From contig OX597817.1 of NCBI GenBank assembly GCA_951406725.2, positions 172,794,001 through 172,858,000 of the forward strand: a stretch of DNA of 64,000 bases. The letters are read 5' to 3'. Position 1 is the first letter of the stretch. The number at the start of each line of letters is the position of its first letter. This stretch comes from Octopus vulgaris. Its lineage: Eukaryota. Below are positions 26,324-35,753 of this stretch, in pieces. The position numbers and the translations under genes were made by a program. The notes beneath the pieces were generated by a model. It was not told the DNA's origin. It was given only the letters and a program-made list of their open reading frames with translations, and searched no databases.

Positions 26324-29300
26324 AATAATTTCTTAAGTAACCAGAAGATGGATTTGGTATTAATCTTCATTTTGTACAACGGTTGTTTCGACCCATCCTG
26401 CTGTTGTCCCTTGTGGTTGGGATGAAATGACCATTGTACAAAATAAGGATTAGTGCGAAATCCATCTTCCAGTTACTTAAGAAATTATTATTATTATTAT
26501 TTCAACCAACCCTGTGGAGTTCCTGAAGTAGATCCAACAGAAATATACTCCGACTGTGGATGACATCAGGGAGCTCAAACTGTACCAGAGTTCTAGTCAA
26601 CACTTCAACACACTAACTGACATATACTCATTAGTCCATTGATTGATTGATTTTAATGAGCAGTGATAAACAGCAGTCATTTCAATTTGCTGAATATATC
26701 AAACACTTAATAAATACAGCAGAATGAAACTGTATTATGAGTGATAATAGTATCATCATCATCATCATCATCGTTTAACGTCCGCTTTCCGCGCTAGCAC
26801 GGGTTGGACGGTTTGACCGGGTCTGGGAAGCCAGGGGCCGCACCAGGCTCCAGTCTGAATCTGGCAGAGTTTCTACGGCTGGATGCCCTTCCTAACGCCA
26901 ACCACTCCGTGAGTGGATTGGGTGCTTTTACGTGCCACCTACACAGGGGCCGGAGGGTCCGGCATCGTCACGATCGGTTCGAGCATTTTAACGTGTCAGC
27001 GGCACGGGGGCAACGAGGTCCGGGGTACTTTGGGGATCGGGGTACTTTGGGGATCCAGGGTACTTTGGGGATCCGGGGTACTTAGAATGGGTAGGGGGTA
27101 TGTGGAATTGCTGCAGAAAGCAGCCCGGGTCTTTGTAGTCACAGCATTTATCGTCACTGAGTAACGTAATTAGGTAGAGGAAAGAAATACAGATATTCTA
27201 GAGTTGAGTTGGGGAGGGGGGTCCAGTTGAGGCGGGTAATATAGGGGAGCAACCAGTGGGGAAGGTTGGGGTAAGGAGGAACGATGGCAGGAAGGGTTGG
27301 TGTAGGTTCCTAAGAAATAAAGACATTCGTTATCGTCACTGAGTAACGTAATTAGGTAGAGGAAAGAAATACAGATATTCTAGAGTTGAGTTGGGGAGGG
27401 GGGTCCAGTTGAGGCGGGTAATATAGGGGAGCAACCAGTGGGGAAGGTTGGGGTAAGGAGGAACGATGGCAGGAAGGGTTGGTGTAGGTTCCTAAGAAAT
27501 AAAAACGTAGGATATTACGAGGCGGGAGGGTACTAAAGGGGATGGTCGGAATGAGGCAGTGTCAGGAGGAAGCGTAAGATCGGTGGGCAGTTGATGAGCT
27601 ATGGCGCTAGCAGCTTGTCTTTTCACAGTGAAAGCATATGAGGAGAAGGGGTAGTGGGGGAGGAGGAGGGAGTAGGGCGTACCCGGTGTAGATGAGTAAG
27701 GCGTATCCGGTGTAGATGGTGAGAACAGGGTATACTGGTATTGGTGGTGGGGGTGAGAACAGTGTTCACCGGTATTGGTGGTGGTGGCGGTGAGAACAGT
27801 GTTCACCGGTATTGGTGGTGGGGGTGAGAACAGTGTTCATCGGTATTGGTGGTGGGGGTGGGGGGGCGCGCACCGCCAATGGCGGAAAGATGGGAAGTGA
27901 GGTAGCCTAAGGTTAAATTTTGTAGAGAGAGAGATAGGAAAGATAAATCAAGTTATGGTGAAGGCTTGAAAGTAGCCTAAAAGGTTAAATTTTCGTAACA
28001 ATGTATGAATAAACGTAGTAACAACGAATAAAAATAGTAAGATAAATTTTTAAGAACTTGCTGCGGGCATCGATCGGGAGTTGAAATTGAAGAAGAAAGT
28101 AAGTTGAATTGGGAATTTAAATTGCAGAATCGTAATGGTAATGGCGATTTTCAAGTTTTAGCATAAGAAGAAGAGGAGGAAAAAGACCGCCAATGGCAGA
28201 AAGATGGGAAGTGAGGTAGCCTAAGGTTAAATTTTGTAGAGAGAGAGATAGGAAAGATAAATCAAGTTATGGCGAAGGCTTGAAAGTAGCCTAAAAGGTT
28301 AAATTTTCGTAACAATGTATGAATAAACGTAGTAACAACGAATAAAAATAGTAAGATATAAATAAATATTTATTCTCAATGTTTTATTACACCTTGAGTC
28401 TTTTATTTGATAACAGCCACTAGTGTTATTTGTAGCCCATTAAAAATATACTTGCATGTGTTAATTCATGTGAAATAAACAGGAATAATATACCCAGACC
28501 ATGGTTTTATTCAGTTGGTCAGCAATAGGTCAGTTTGTTTGAAAGTAAAATGATTATAGTAGAAATGATTGTTGTCTGTGATTCATTAGTGGTGGTGAAT
28601 CTTTGAAATTCTCAAGGAAGACTTTGAGCAGGTGTTAGAAATCAAAATTAGTTTCTCCTTTTAATCTAGATTTTTTGAAGATTCTCTGTGAGGCAGAAGC
28701 TATATAATTTCATTCTTAAATGCCAGTAACTTATCTAACACTGCTCACAAGATGCTGGTGATCTCTCTCTCCTTTGTTTTTTGTCTCTCAACTTCCAAAT
28801 ATGCTTTGAAAGTGTTGTGATGTTTTCCATGTGATAATAACAGGATGAGCTGTTGTGCTGATGCATGTGTTACTTCAAGAAGTGATTGTTAGGCCCTAGT
28901 TAGAGAGGTGATACGTTGCTGGTGGCAATATCAGCCCAGTGTACATTGGTCATCTCAAGAAATTTACATTTTAAGGAACAAATGTTTTTGCAACTGTAAA
29001 TGAATTCCCTTAAATATATGTTCAATTGCATGCAGTATTTTTGCATTATGGCTCTTTATAGCATTAGACATGTTTTTAATGCATCTGTTCCTTGCCTTCA
29101 AGCTATACAGCAAATGTTTTCAAACTAGTTTTTAAAATCATGTTGTATGGTGAATCAAAAACTATAGAGCAAATTTTTTGTTCCTAAAGTAGCTGCTAGA
29201 TGATGTGCATTAATTAGTGTTTCTTGATATTTACAATTAAGCAGCTGACAGGAATGCCCTGGAAAATGCTTGAAAATGTTTGGTTGGTAGAAATACAAAG

Positions 29301-32300
29301 AAGCAGTACAACACAGGGAAATGAGATGATCTGAGGTAGAACTCACCACACAACAATCAGTGTCAACTCTATAACTGGGAATGGGTGTCCCTATTGCCAC
29401 CCAGTAATGTTGGGCATAAAAAAGGCAAAGGCTCACTTCAAATGTTGGGCATAAAAAAGAAAAATCTTCACAACTCACATAATTTTGTACAATTTCTTCC
29501 CTTTCTCTTGGGTTTGGAGTGTAATTTGCTAAGTCAGATATAGTTTCGCTGCCTGATGTTCCACTGATTGTTAAAAGAATTTTAACCATGCCTGCTCCAT
29601 CCTCAAGCTGTTGTTCAATTACATGTGTTTCTTCATTCTTGATGTTAGACAGATCTATGGTAGCCCTAAAGAAAATTGAAAACAGTAATAATAATAAAAA
29701 AAACAAAACAATACAGAGCCAACACAAAAAAGTGCCCCATTTAAACTAAGACTTATCTAGAAATATAATCTTTTAGATTTTGAGATACTAGTAAACTTCA
29801 GTTTACTTGAAGGAATTTCATATATTCCATAGAAATTTCCTTCAAATAAATTCTGACAGCTTTGTACACATTTACCTATACTAGTTATGAACTAGAAGGT
29901 TTCTGTAAAATGAAAGATTTTTATGCTGTTGCAGAAAGTGCTTTGAAAACAGGACATGCATGTTACTATTAACCAAGTTGCTTTAAAACAAGAACAGTTT
30001 CAATAATGTAATAAGGACAGAAAGTATTGGGTTTCAGCATTGACGTTTTATTAAAAATAATGAGTCCAATCAAATTTTGTTGGGATTGGTATTTCTAATC
30101 ACAGCTAGACTGACAAAGAGAAATTGAGAAAGCAAGAGAGAAAGTGAAACTGAAAAGTTTGGTGAAAATAGGAGCTATTACAAGAATGTTGGGACGAGTA
30201 AGCAGTAAAATTTGAAGTGGTAGGTTTTATGTTGCATAATCACTTAATGCAGACACTTAATATAATTTCCACCAGGTTTCTGTAAACAATAAATTATACA
30301 TAAATTTCTTTGCATCTGGAGTTTATATGTTGTCAGCATGTAAAAACAAGTTAAGTTAGTGTTAATACATTTAATATAGAAAACATTAAATATCTAATTA
30401 GACACAGTTATTCAGTGAAGAAAGACAACATTTGGCTCAGTGATTAATATTATTTTAACCTGATTTCAGCAAGTAAAGAAGACAATGAGGACATGTTTTG
30501 TTCTCATTGGAGTTCCTCAGTAAATTGCTGCCCTACCTGAAGAAGCGATAAGAGAAGAGGTACGAGATGAAGTCTACGCTTTGCTGAGAAGGTCTCATAA
30601 AACTGAAACACATCTAGAGTTGTTTCCCATACTTGTAGAAATAACTAGAATAACACTGTCTAACACAGTCTTTGTCTTTGGGTAGTAACTGTTAATTCCT
30701 ATTTGCTTACCCATTAAAAGTATGAAAATTGGTTAATATTTCCTTCAAATATTGTTTTAGTTACATTTATTCAAACCCCAAAGAATCCCTCTTAATACAT
30801 GGCTATGATGCTTCCTCACTACTCCTGCGCATCATCAGAGATGCACATATTGTCAACTACTAAGGAATACGTTCAAGTGGTTAATGACAAACAACAGACA
30901 GGCAAATCTGTGGCATTGAACAGAATGTTTGCCATAACAATATTTCTGCTTCAGCAATTCAGCACTGAATCTGTCTGAAATATAATGGAAAATAGGTCAG
31001 TTTCATAACATTGTTGTGCAGGTCACAAAAGCAAAGTTTGCAGGGAATAGTTATCATTTCCTTTGATTTCTAGATAAGAGCAAAGGGGATATAACACTTA
31101 CTGACCAAACACAAAAAAAAATTTTAATTTTGTTACACAGTGTAATATGAATCATTGAGCTAATATTGACTTTTCTTTATAATTATTTCTAATTAGGTAT
31201 TTAATTCTCACTAGATTAGATATGCTAACACTAGCTTAATTATGATAAATTGAACGTATATTATTAACTTGTATGAAAGGCCAATTACAGAGTGGTTGGG
31301 CACTAATGACATCAATCGGTTGATGTATATATACAGAGTTTAGCAACCAGCTTCGAAGTCACTATTTTGCATAAAGCTGCACCAAAGCGTCTGCAGCAGT
31401 TTGAGATAAAAATGCATAGAATGGCTGTCATATGATACAATCTCTCATAAAATGGTCAGGTATGCAGGTCTCTTCAACAGGAACAGATATCTCCTTCGTC
31501 AATGACCTTGGGAAAGACAAAACTTTGTTTTCCCTCTGCTTCTCAAATAAAATCAACAAATGAATTTGGGAAATGTTCCAAGGTTCTCTTTTATTATTTA
31601 ATGAGCAAAATAGCTAAATAGAAAAGGTATCATATTTCTACTGTGTGGGAAGTAAAATACGAAGAACACCAGAGATTTATTGTAGACTTTATCGAGGTTT
31701 AAGTGATACAGAAGAGATAGAATGGTAAGATTAATGAATTCTAAATCAGAGAGAAAGATGAAGTGAGTGAAAGTGATTGAAACACTGTTAATGTGCCTGA
31801 CAACAACAATTCTAATTGAACAGTCATCTTAGATTACAGGCAAAGCTACACACTTATCTGATTGTATTGTAAGCAATCTTTAGATATCTGGTCTACGCAA
31901 GGGAAACTATCTCAATGTACTTTGTCAAGTGACAATAAGAGAGAGAAGATGGGGAGGGTGATTGGATTTATGTATCATATAAATAGGTTACTGGTCAGGG
32001 ATGATCAGAATGGAAGAAAACATTAAACAAATAATCCTGGAACAAAGAAATTAGAAACTGGTTTTTAAGTAAGAAGAAATAGACAGAAGAATGAGATAAC
32101 AGATAAAGGTAAATTGTAAGAGATGTAGCAGATTATGTTTGTTGTGAAAATATTAGGGAAAATAGTAATAAAAACAATGATAATGATAAGAAAATAATGA
32201 AAAAAAAGAAAAGAGATACAATGGCTTTGTACGTTACTTCAATCATTATAAAAACATAGTCAAGATCATCTAACATTTAGTCAAGATAGTCTAACATTTA

Positions 32301-35300
32301 CATCAAAGGTGACAAGCTGGCAGAATCGTTAGCACACCAGGCAAAATGCTTAGCAGTATTTCATCCATCTTTATGTTCTGAGTTCAAATTCTGCCAGGGT
32401 CAACTTTGCCTTTCATCCTTTCGGGGTTGATATAATTGATTTACCTCTTCCCTGAAATTGCTGGCCTTGTGCAAAACATTTGAAACCAATATCTATATCA
32501 AACATGGGAAACATTTTTTTTTGTTGAGAAGCAGGCAACATGAGACATGGTTCATCGTCAGGTGGGTTACATCACTAAAAAAATTGAAAGTATTTTTTTG
32601 TTAGGTGAACTATTCAGAAAACCCCACAAGCAGCAGGGTACCCTGACTGACCAATATACTTAGATTTGGTAGAGAGTGAGTCCTTATTTTATTGACCTTG
32701 AAAGGAAGAAAGGCACTGGTGATTCAAGGATTTGAACTCAAAATATAACCGAACATAAAATGCTTTGACTGAGACTCAACTTCTGCACAACAACTTCTGA
32801 TTCTCAAAATTTGAACTCAAAATATAACTGAGACTCTACTGATTCTCCTATGCAACTTCTGCACAGTTTGCAGCAACCAAATTCCATTATCCAGGTTTTC
32901 GACAACCCAGAGATATAAGAGTCTACTCAGAGAGATTGACTTTAGTATCACATGACTGAAAAACAAAATTTCTTAACCACATGGTCATGCTTTTGCCAGT
33001 TCATATCTACTCATGTCTCATTTAGTCTTTAGTCTACCCTATTATTCTGAGCATCCTAATTATTATAGCACTTGCATTTTTTCATTAATCAACATGCATT
33101 ATGATTAAGTTGTATGAAGTGGTATCAAAAAGTTCTCAGACAAGTTCTCTAGTACACCAACAGATGGCAGCACACAGTTCTGGGTGCAGAGAGAGCTGGT
33201 GGTAGTGATCTTCATGAGGCAGTGTGCCAAGTGACATCACTGTGTTTACTTCACAAGTTGTGAAATTTGTGATCAAGTGTATGCTGTAGAGCCAATGTGA
33301 AGTTTTACATTAAACTTGGTAAGTCTGCTATAGAGACATTAAGCATGTTTTGGCAAGCTTACAGTGACAAAGCAATAGGTTGTACACAATGTTTCGACTG
33401 CCATGGGTGCTTCAAAAGCAGAAGAACATCGCTGGAAAAATTACTATGAGCATCATCCTCAGAAATGTGGTATTGTAAATCGAGAATTTGTACTCCAGGG
33501 CCAGACTGTCAATCGAGAGTTCTATTGTGATGTTCGATGTTCTGAAGCATTTAAGGAAGGACATTTAGCAAAAGCAACTGGATCCATGGAGCATGAAGAA
33601 TTGGATCCTTCATGACAAAAATGCACCAAAAACAACACCTGTCTTATTCGCCAGATTTAGCACCTGAAGGCTTCTACCTCTTTTCCAAGGTAAAAATGCA
33701 GCTTAAAAGTTGCCATTTTAACACTGTTGTTGAGACCTAGAGTGTACTATTACAGAAAACAACTTCCAGGCTGGATCCCAAGAGTAGTAGGAAAGCTAGG
33801 ACTGGTGTAGTGCTGTGCAAGGTGACTATTTTGAAGGAGATGATGTTAAAACTTACGTAAATAAGTTATTTTTTTTATTAAACATAACTAGTTCAGAAAC
33901 ATTTTGATACCAGCTCATAAAAGTTCAAAATCTTAATAAAGACAGAAAAAAAATCCTTATACCTTCCCATGAAATCATCTTTTCCAGCAACATCATGGTC
34001 ATACACTGTTAATTCAAGACACTTTGTTTGGTCATCATACATTCTCAAATCGAATTGTTCTAACCAGCGAGGATTTAATGTGTTTGGTTTAAACTGAAAG
34101 AAAATTAGATAAGTGAAACAAATACTTCAAGGTATTTAGACTATATATATATATATATATATATATGATAATTTTATTGGGGTATATAAGCCTGGTGTTT
34201 ACGATATTAAGCACATCTATAAGACAAAACTGTAAACTGATTGCATTGAACTATGATGAAACAATAGTAAATTGTAAAACAATTTACTCACTACATTCTT
34301 TATTTGTCACTATAGTGACAGGAGTGGCTGTGTGGTAAGTAGCTTGCTTACTAACAACTGTGAGTGGATTTGGTAGACGGAAACTGAAAGAAGCCTGTTG
34401 TATATATGTGTGTGTATGTGTCTGTGTTTGCCCCCCCCCCTCCCCCAACATTGCTTGACATCTGATGCTGGTGTGTTTACGTCCCCATAACTTAGTGGTT
34501 CGGCAAAAGAGACTGATAGAATAAGTACTAGGCTTACAAAGAATAAGTCCTGGGGTTGATTTGCTCAACTAAAGGCGGTGCTCCAGCATGGCCGCAGTCA
34601 AATGACTGAAACAAGTAAAAGAATAAAAGAATATATATATATGCACAGACACATATTTCACGTGAGCTACCAGACTATCCAGTGCTGTTACACATCGCTG
34701 GTCACAGTGTGCTTTGCTTTGTTTTAACCTTCAAATGATGTTATCCCATTGACTCAGTAAACAGACCAACATTCACCCCCAACTCCTGATTGAAAGTGAG
34801 AGTGAGGCAACATGAAATGAAGTGTTTTGCTCAAGAACACAACAACACATTGCCTGGTCTGGGAATCGAACCCATGAACTAGCAATCACATATATTGGAT
34901 ATGAATTAGAAATTTATGATTTTTATTGACTTGGAAATAAATACAAAATGAATTAAATATGATTTTAGTTGAATTTTTATTATTATTTCTATGATGTCAC
35001 TGAATACAGAATATATTTTTAGTCACCCATTATTAAAGTAAAACAAATGGACCAATCAAAATGGTGCTTGCAAAAGAAATGAAGGAGGAGTCTTGGTTAT
35101 TGCTTAAATATCATTAATAGTGAGTTTGCTAAATTGTGACAGTGACCACCATGTTTTCTCTTATAAAACCAGTCACCAGATGAATGTAATAAATCAAGTG
35201 TACATCTTGTTCATCTAAATTGATACACACAAACATAATTATGGATGCAACCTAACACTAAAAGAATAAAATCTTGGACAGAGAAGAATTTTTCCATAAA

Positions 35301-35753
35301 CATTTGAATTTGTGAACATAAAAAATGTATTTTAACCCTTTTGTTACTGTATTTATTTTGAGATGTTCTGTGTTTCTTTCAATTACTTTAAATATAACAA
35401 AGAATTTAGTAAAATAACTTAGTTATCATTAAGCTAGTATTAGGAATATAAACTGCGACTAAGGTTTGGTGGTATATTTTGATGCAAAACTTATGAAAAC
35501 AAGACATTTGTACTACAGAGCCAGAGCTGGTTTTGGCCGAGTTGGTAACAAAAGGGTTAAGTGATAAGATACTTACTTTGCTCTTATATTTTTCATTTCC
35601 TAAACGAAATTTGACGTAGGGGTCACTGAAGCCATTGTCATCCATTGGCAACAGATTTTTTCCCTCAACCAACACAACAGTCACTACACTGCTCCAAATT
35701 TGCATCTTCATCTTACGAGCAGTTTCTGTTAGTTTAGTGCTTCTTCGATAGAA
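2348..35753 (-). CDS. MCTP1: MCTP-family gene (multiple C2 and transmembrane domain protein), 5'-partial, 15 coding exons, 549 aa + stop
   Basis: Manual splicing gives one open frame: C2B ([24 protein letters not shown]...[15 protein letters not shown]), C2C ([22 protein letters not shown]...[15 protein letters not shown]), hydrophobic segments and [28 protein letters not shown]. All 14 junction phases match. The symbol is a family-level (MCTP1-like) call. Confidence 0.96.
2895..3150 (+). mobile_element. tRNA-derived SINE
   Basis: A box TGGCTTAATGG, B box GGTTTCGATTCC, (ATT)n tail. Related heads at 12561 and 21595. Confidence 0.8.
3338..3526 (+). mobile_element. SINE of the GGCAGAA.CGTTAGCACGCCGGG family
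   Basis: Same body (TTTGCCTTTCATCC...AAGTACCAG) at about 7024-7445 (-), 32305, 43605, 53245 and 62594 (-). Confidence 0.75.
4334..4650 (-). mobile_element. CR1/L2-type LINE 3' end with (ATT)n tail
   Basis: Translation [20 protein letters not shown] matches the CR1-group ORF2 C-terminal motif. Related copy at about 9240-9450 (+). Confidence 0.75.
4743..4840 (-). CDS. MCTP1: MCTP exon N (98 nt): (G)[32 protein letters not shown]
   Basis: Acceptor ttattttcag, donor CTG|gtatgt, phase 1/0. Conserved MCTP C-terminal motif. Confidence 0.95.
5000..5825 (-). mobile_element. Decayed Tc1/mariner-superfamily DNA transposon
   Basis: Frameshifted transposase C-terminus ([17 protein letters not shown]...LKARIMAAF...DGDFIE). 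One end TA|CAGGGTG at 5827-5819. Confidence 0.8.
5895..6004 (-). CDS. MCTP1: MCTP exon M (110 nt): (N)[36 protein letters not shown](G), second membrane segment
   Basis: Acceptor ttctttgttacag, donor G|gtaagt, phase 2/1. Confidence 0.95.
6314..6517. repeat. 65-bp inverted repeat (1 mismatch) with 74-nt spacer, probable Penelope-like remnant
   Basis: 6314-6378 is the reverse complement of 6453-6517. Confidence 0.9.
7024..7445 (-). mobile_element. Two tandem SINE copies with (TAT)n tails
   Basis: Reverse complements of the family at 3338, separated by (AAT)n. Confidence 0.75.
9240..9450 (+). mobile_element. CR1/L2-type LINE 3' fragment
   Basis: Shares GTGCACCTGAGCACTGTA...ATTATT end with the element at 4334-4650. 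Confidence 0.65.
10516..10622 (-). CDS. MCTP1: MCTP exon L (107 nt): [35 protein letters not shown](N)
   Basis: Acceptor atcttttatacag, donor AA|gtaggt, phase 0/2. Confidence 0.95.
10655..10971 (-). mobile_element. tRNA-headed short element with hammerhead-like motif and inverted head copy
   Basis: A box TGGCATAGTGG, B box GAGTTCAAACC (10899-10889), CTGATGA core (10776-10770), 21-bp palindrome arms 10930-10971. Confidence 0.65.
11559..11941 (-). mobile_element. Non-autonomous Helitron, complete
   Basis: Minus strand A|TC start, internal (TGTC)n, 3' hairpin CCCGAGCAACGCCGGG then CTAG|T, no target duplication. Interrupts an RTE tail. Confidence 0.85.
12561..12862 (+). mobile_element. tRNA-derived SINE
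   Basis: GGAGGTGCAATGGCTCAGTGGTTAGGG...GGTTTCAATTCC head; same head inverted at about 20085-20392. Confidence 0.8.
13647..13694 (-). CDS. MCTP1: MCTP exon K (48 nt): [16 protein letters not shown], acidic loop
   Basis: Acceptor tttgtatttttcag, donor AAG|gtttgt, phase 0/0. Fits the acidic stretch between MCTP membrane segments. Confidence 0.9.
14105..14937 (+). mobile_element. RTE-clade LINE 3' end with internal tandem units
   Basis: Decayed ORF end ([10 protein letters not shown]...[22 protein letters not shown]), then GTGCC..TGGCAC units and the TTAGGAAGGGCATCCAGCTG...CGGACGTTAAACG tail. Confidence 0.85.
15055..15180 (-). CDS. MCTP1: MCTP exon J (126 nt): [42 protein letters not shown], first membrane segment
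   Basis: Acceptor atattcacag, donor GAA|gtaagt, phase 0/0. [10 protein letters not shown] motif. Confidence 0.94.
15492..15863 (+). mobile_element. pogo/Tigger-like MITE, 3' half
   Basis: Near-identical to 37140-37512; ends GCGGATTATACTTGAGGATTTATGG|TA. Confidence 0.8.
15936..16055 (-). CDS. MCTP1: MCTP exon I (120 nt): [40 protein letters not shown]
   Basis: Acceptor tcttgtttgtag, donor ATT|gtaagt, phase 0/0. Confidence 0.94.
16370..16765 (+). mobile_element. Non-autonomous Helitron, second subfamily, complete
   Basis: A|TCTCTATATATAAA start; CCCAAGCAACGCTGGG hairpin then CTAG|T. Confidence 0.85.
17635..18115 (-). mobile_element. RTE-type 3' fragment with tandem units
   Basis: (CAT)n-GTTTAACGTC end; collinear reverse complement of 22555-23047. 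Confidence 0.85.
18297..18371 (-). CDS. MCTP1: MCTP exon H (75 nt): [25 protein letters not shown]
   Basis: Acceptor ttttatttacag, donor TCA|gtatgt, phase 0/0. Confidence 0.93.
18670..18952 (-). mobile_element. RTE-type 3' fragment
   Basis: (CAT)nCGTTTAGCGTCCGTTTTCCATGCTAGC...GGATGCCCTTCCTAACGCC. Confidence 0.85.
19205..19306 (-). CDS. MCTP1: MCTP exon G (102 nt): [34 protein letters not shown]
   Basis: Acceptor ttatttttacag, donor CAT|gtaagc, phase 0/0. WYxLKDKKL motif ends C2C. Confidence 0.95.
20085..20392 (-). mobile_element. tRNA-derived SINE
   Basis: Reverse-complement head AATGGCTCAGTGGTTAGGG...GGTTTCGATTCCC. Confidence 0.8.
20888..20990 (-). CDS. MCTP1: MCTP exon F (103 nt): (F)[34 protein letters not shown]
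   Basis: Acceptor tttatttcag, donor AAA|gtaaga, phase 2/0. Preceded by a 136-nt intron. Confidence 0.95.
21127..21268 (-). CDS. MCTP1: MCTP exon E (142 nt): (V)[46 protein letters not shown](F), C2C
   Basis: Acceptor cttttcacttatctag, donor TT|gtaagt, phase 1/2. Confidence 0.95.
21595..21933 (+). mobile_element. tRNA-derived SINE
   Basis: GGCGCATGGCTCAGTGGTTAGAGCG...GAGCTCGAATCC head. Confidence 0.8.
22495..23047 (+). mobile_element. RTE-type 3' fragment with (GAT)n tail
   Basis: Same family as 14105-14937 and 17635-18115. Confidence 0.85.
24305..24812 (+). mobile_element. R4/Dong-like non-LTR retrotransposon 3' end (restriction-like endonuclease region)
   Basis: Open frame [48 protein letters not shown]...[17 protein letters not shown]; (TAA)n on both sides. 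Confidence 0.85.
24873..24927 (-). CDS. MCTP1: MCTP exon D (55 nt): [18 protein letters not shown](V), GC donor
   Basis: Acceptor ttgtatttactag, donor AAG|gcaagt, phase 0/1 matching the next exon (G+TA = Val). Confidence 0.9.
25633..25722 (+). ncRNA. Type I hammerhead ribozyme (Penelope-associated type), antisense to MCTP
   Basis: TGTCT-CTGATGA-[stem II]-GAAA-CAGCTG-TA-AGACA: 5-bp stem I, intact core, palindromic minimal stem III. Confidence 0.75.
26752..28358 (-). mobile_element. 1.6-kb composite element: RTE-type 3' tail joined to G-rich duplicated blocks and minisatellites
   Basis: (CAT)nCGTTTAACGTCCG end at 26752; 174-bp and 173-bp direct duplications; 17-18 bp and 34-37 bp minisatellites. 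Confidence 0.6.
28600..29330 (-). pseudogene. Heavily decayed Penelope-like ORF (RT C-terminus/GIY-YIG region)
   Basis: Broken minus-strand translation contains [38 protein letters not shown] and FCLTE, resembling the Penelope endonuclease region. Recognised by eye only. Confidence 0.5.
29479..29665 (-). CDS. MCTP1: MCTP exon C (187 nt): (R)[62 protein letters not shown]
   Basis: Acceptor ttttctttag, donor TAT|gtgagt, phase 2/0. Confidence 0.94.
33115..33917 (+). mobile_element. Internally deleted mariner element
   Basis: TIRs TA|TGAAGTGGTATCAAAAAG and TTTTGATACCAGCTCA|TA; remnants [46 protein letters not shown]. Confidence 0.85.
33963..34093 (-). CDS. MCTP1: MCTP exon B (131 nt): [43 protein letters not shown](R)
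   Basis: Acceptor ttttctttcag, donor AG|gtataa, phase 0/2. C2 motifs TLNPxW and YDxD. Absent from the ORF track. Confidence 0.95.
34318..34632 (+). mobile_element. tRNA-derived SINE (GGAGTGGCTGTGTGGTAAG family), internally deleted
   Basis: Matches the full-length copy at 57503-57920. Confidence 0.8.
35577..35753 (-). CDS. MCTP1: MCTP exon A (177 nt): [59 protein letters not shown], start of C2B
   Basis: Acceptor ttgttcttgtag, donor AAA|gtaagt, phase 0/0. Confidence 0.95.

Noticed and set aside
29155-29727. 190-aa ORF as a stand-alone gene
   Set aside because: Only 29479-29665 is exon; the rest is intron read-through past clear splice sites.
30579-30619. Hammerhead CTTTG-CTGAGAA-GGT...ACT-GAAACACATC-TAGAG
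   Set aside because: Topology fits, but the core and stem III are mutated; treated as an inactive Penelope relic.
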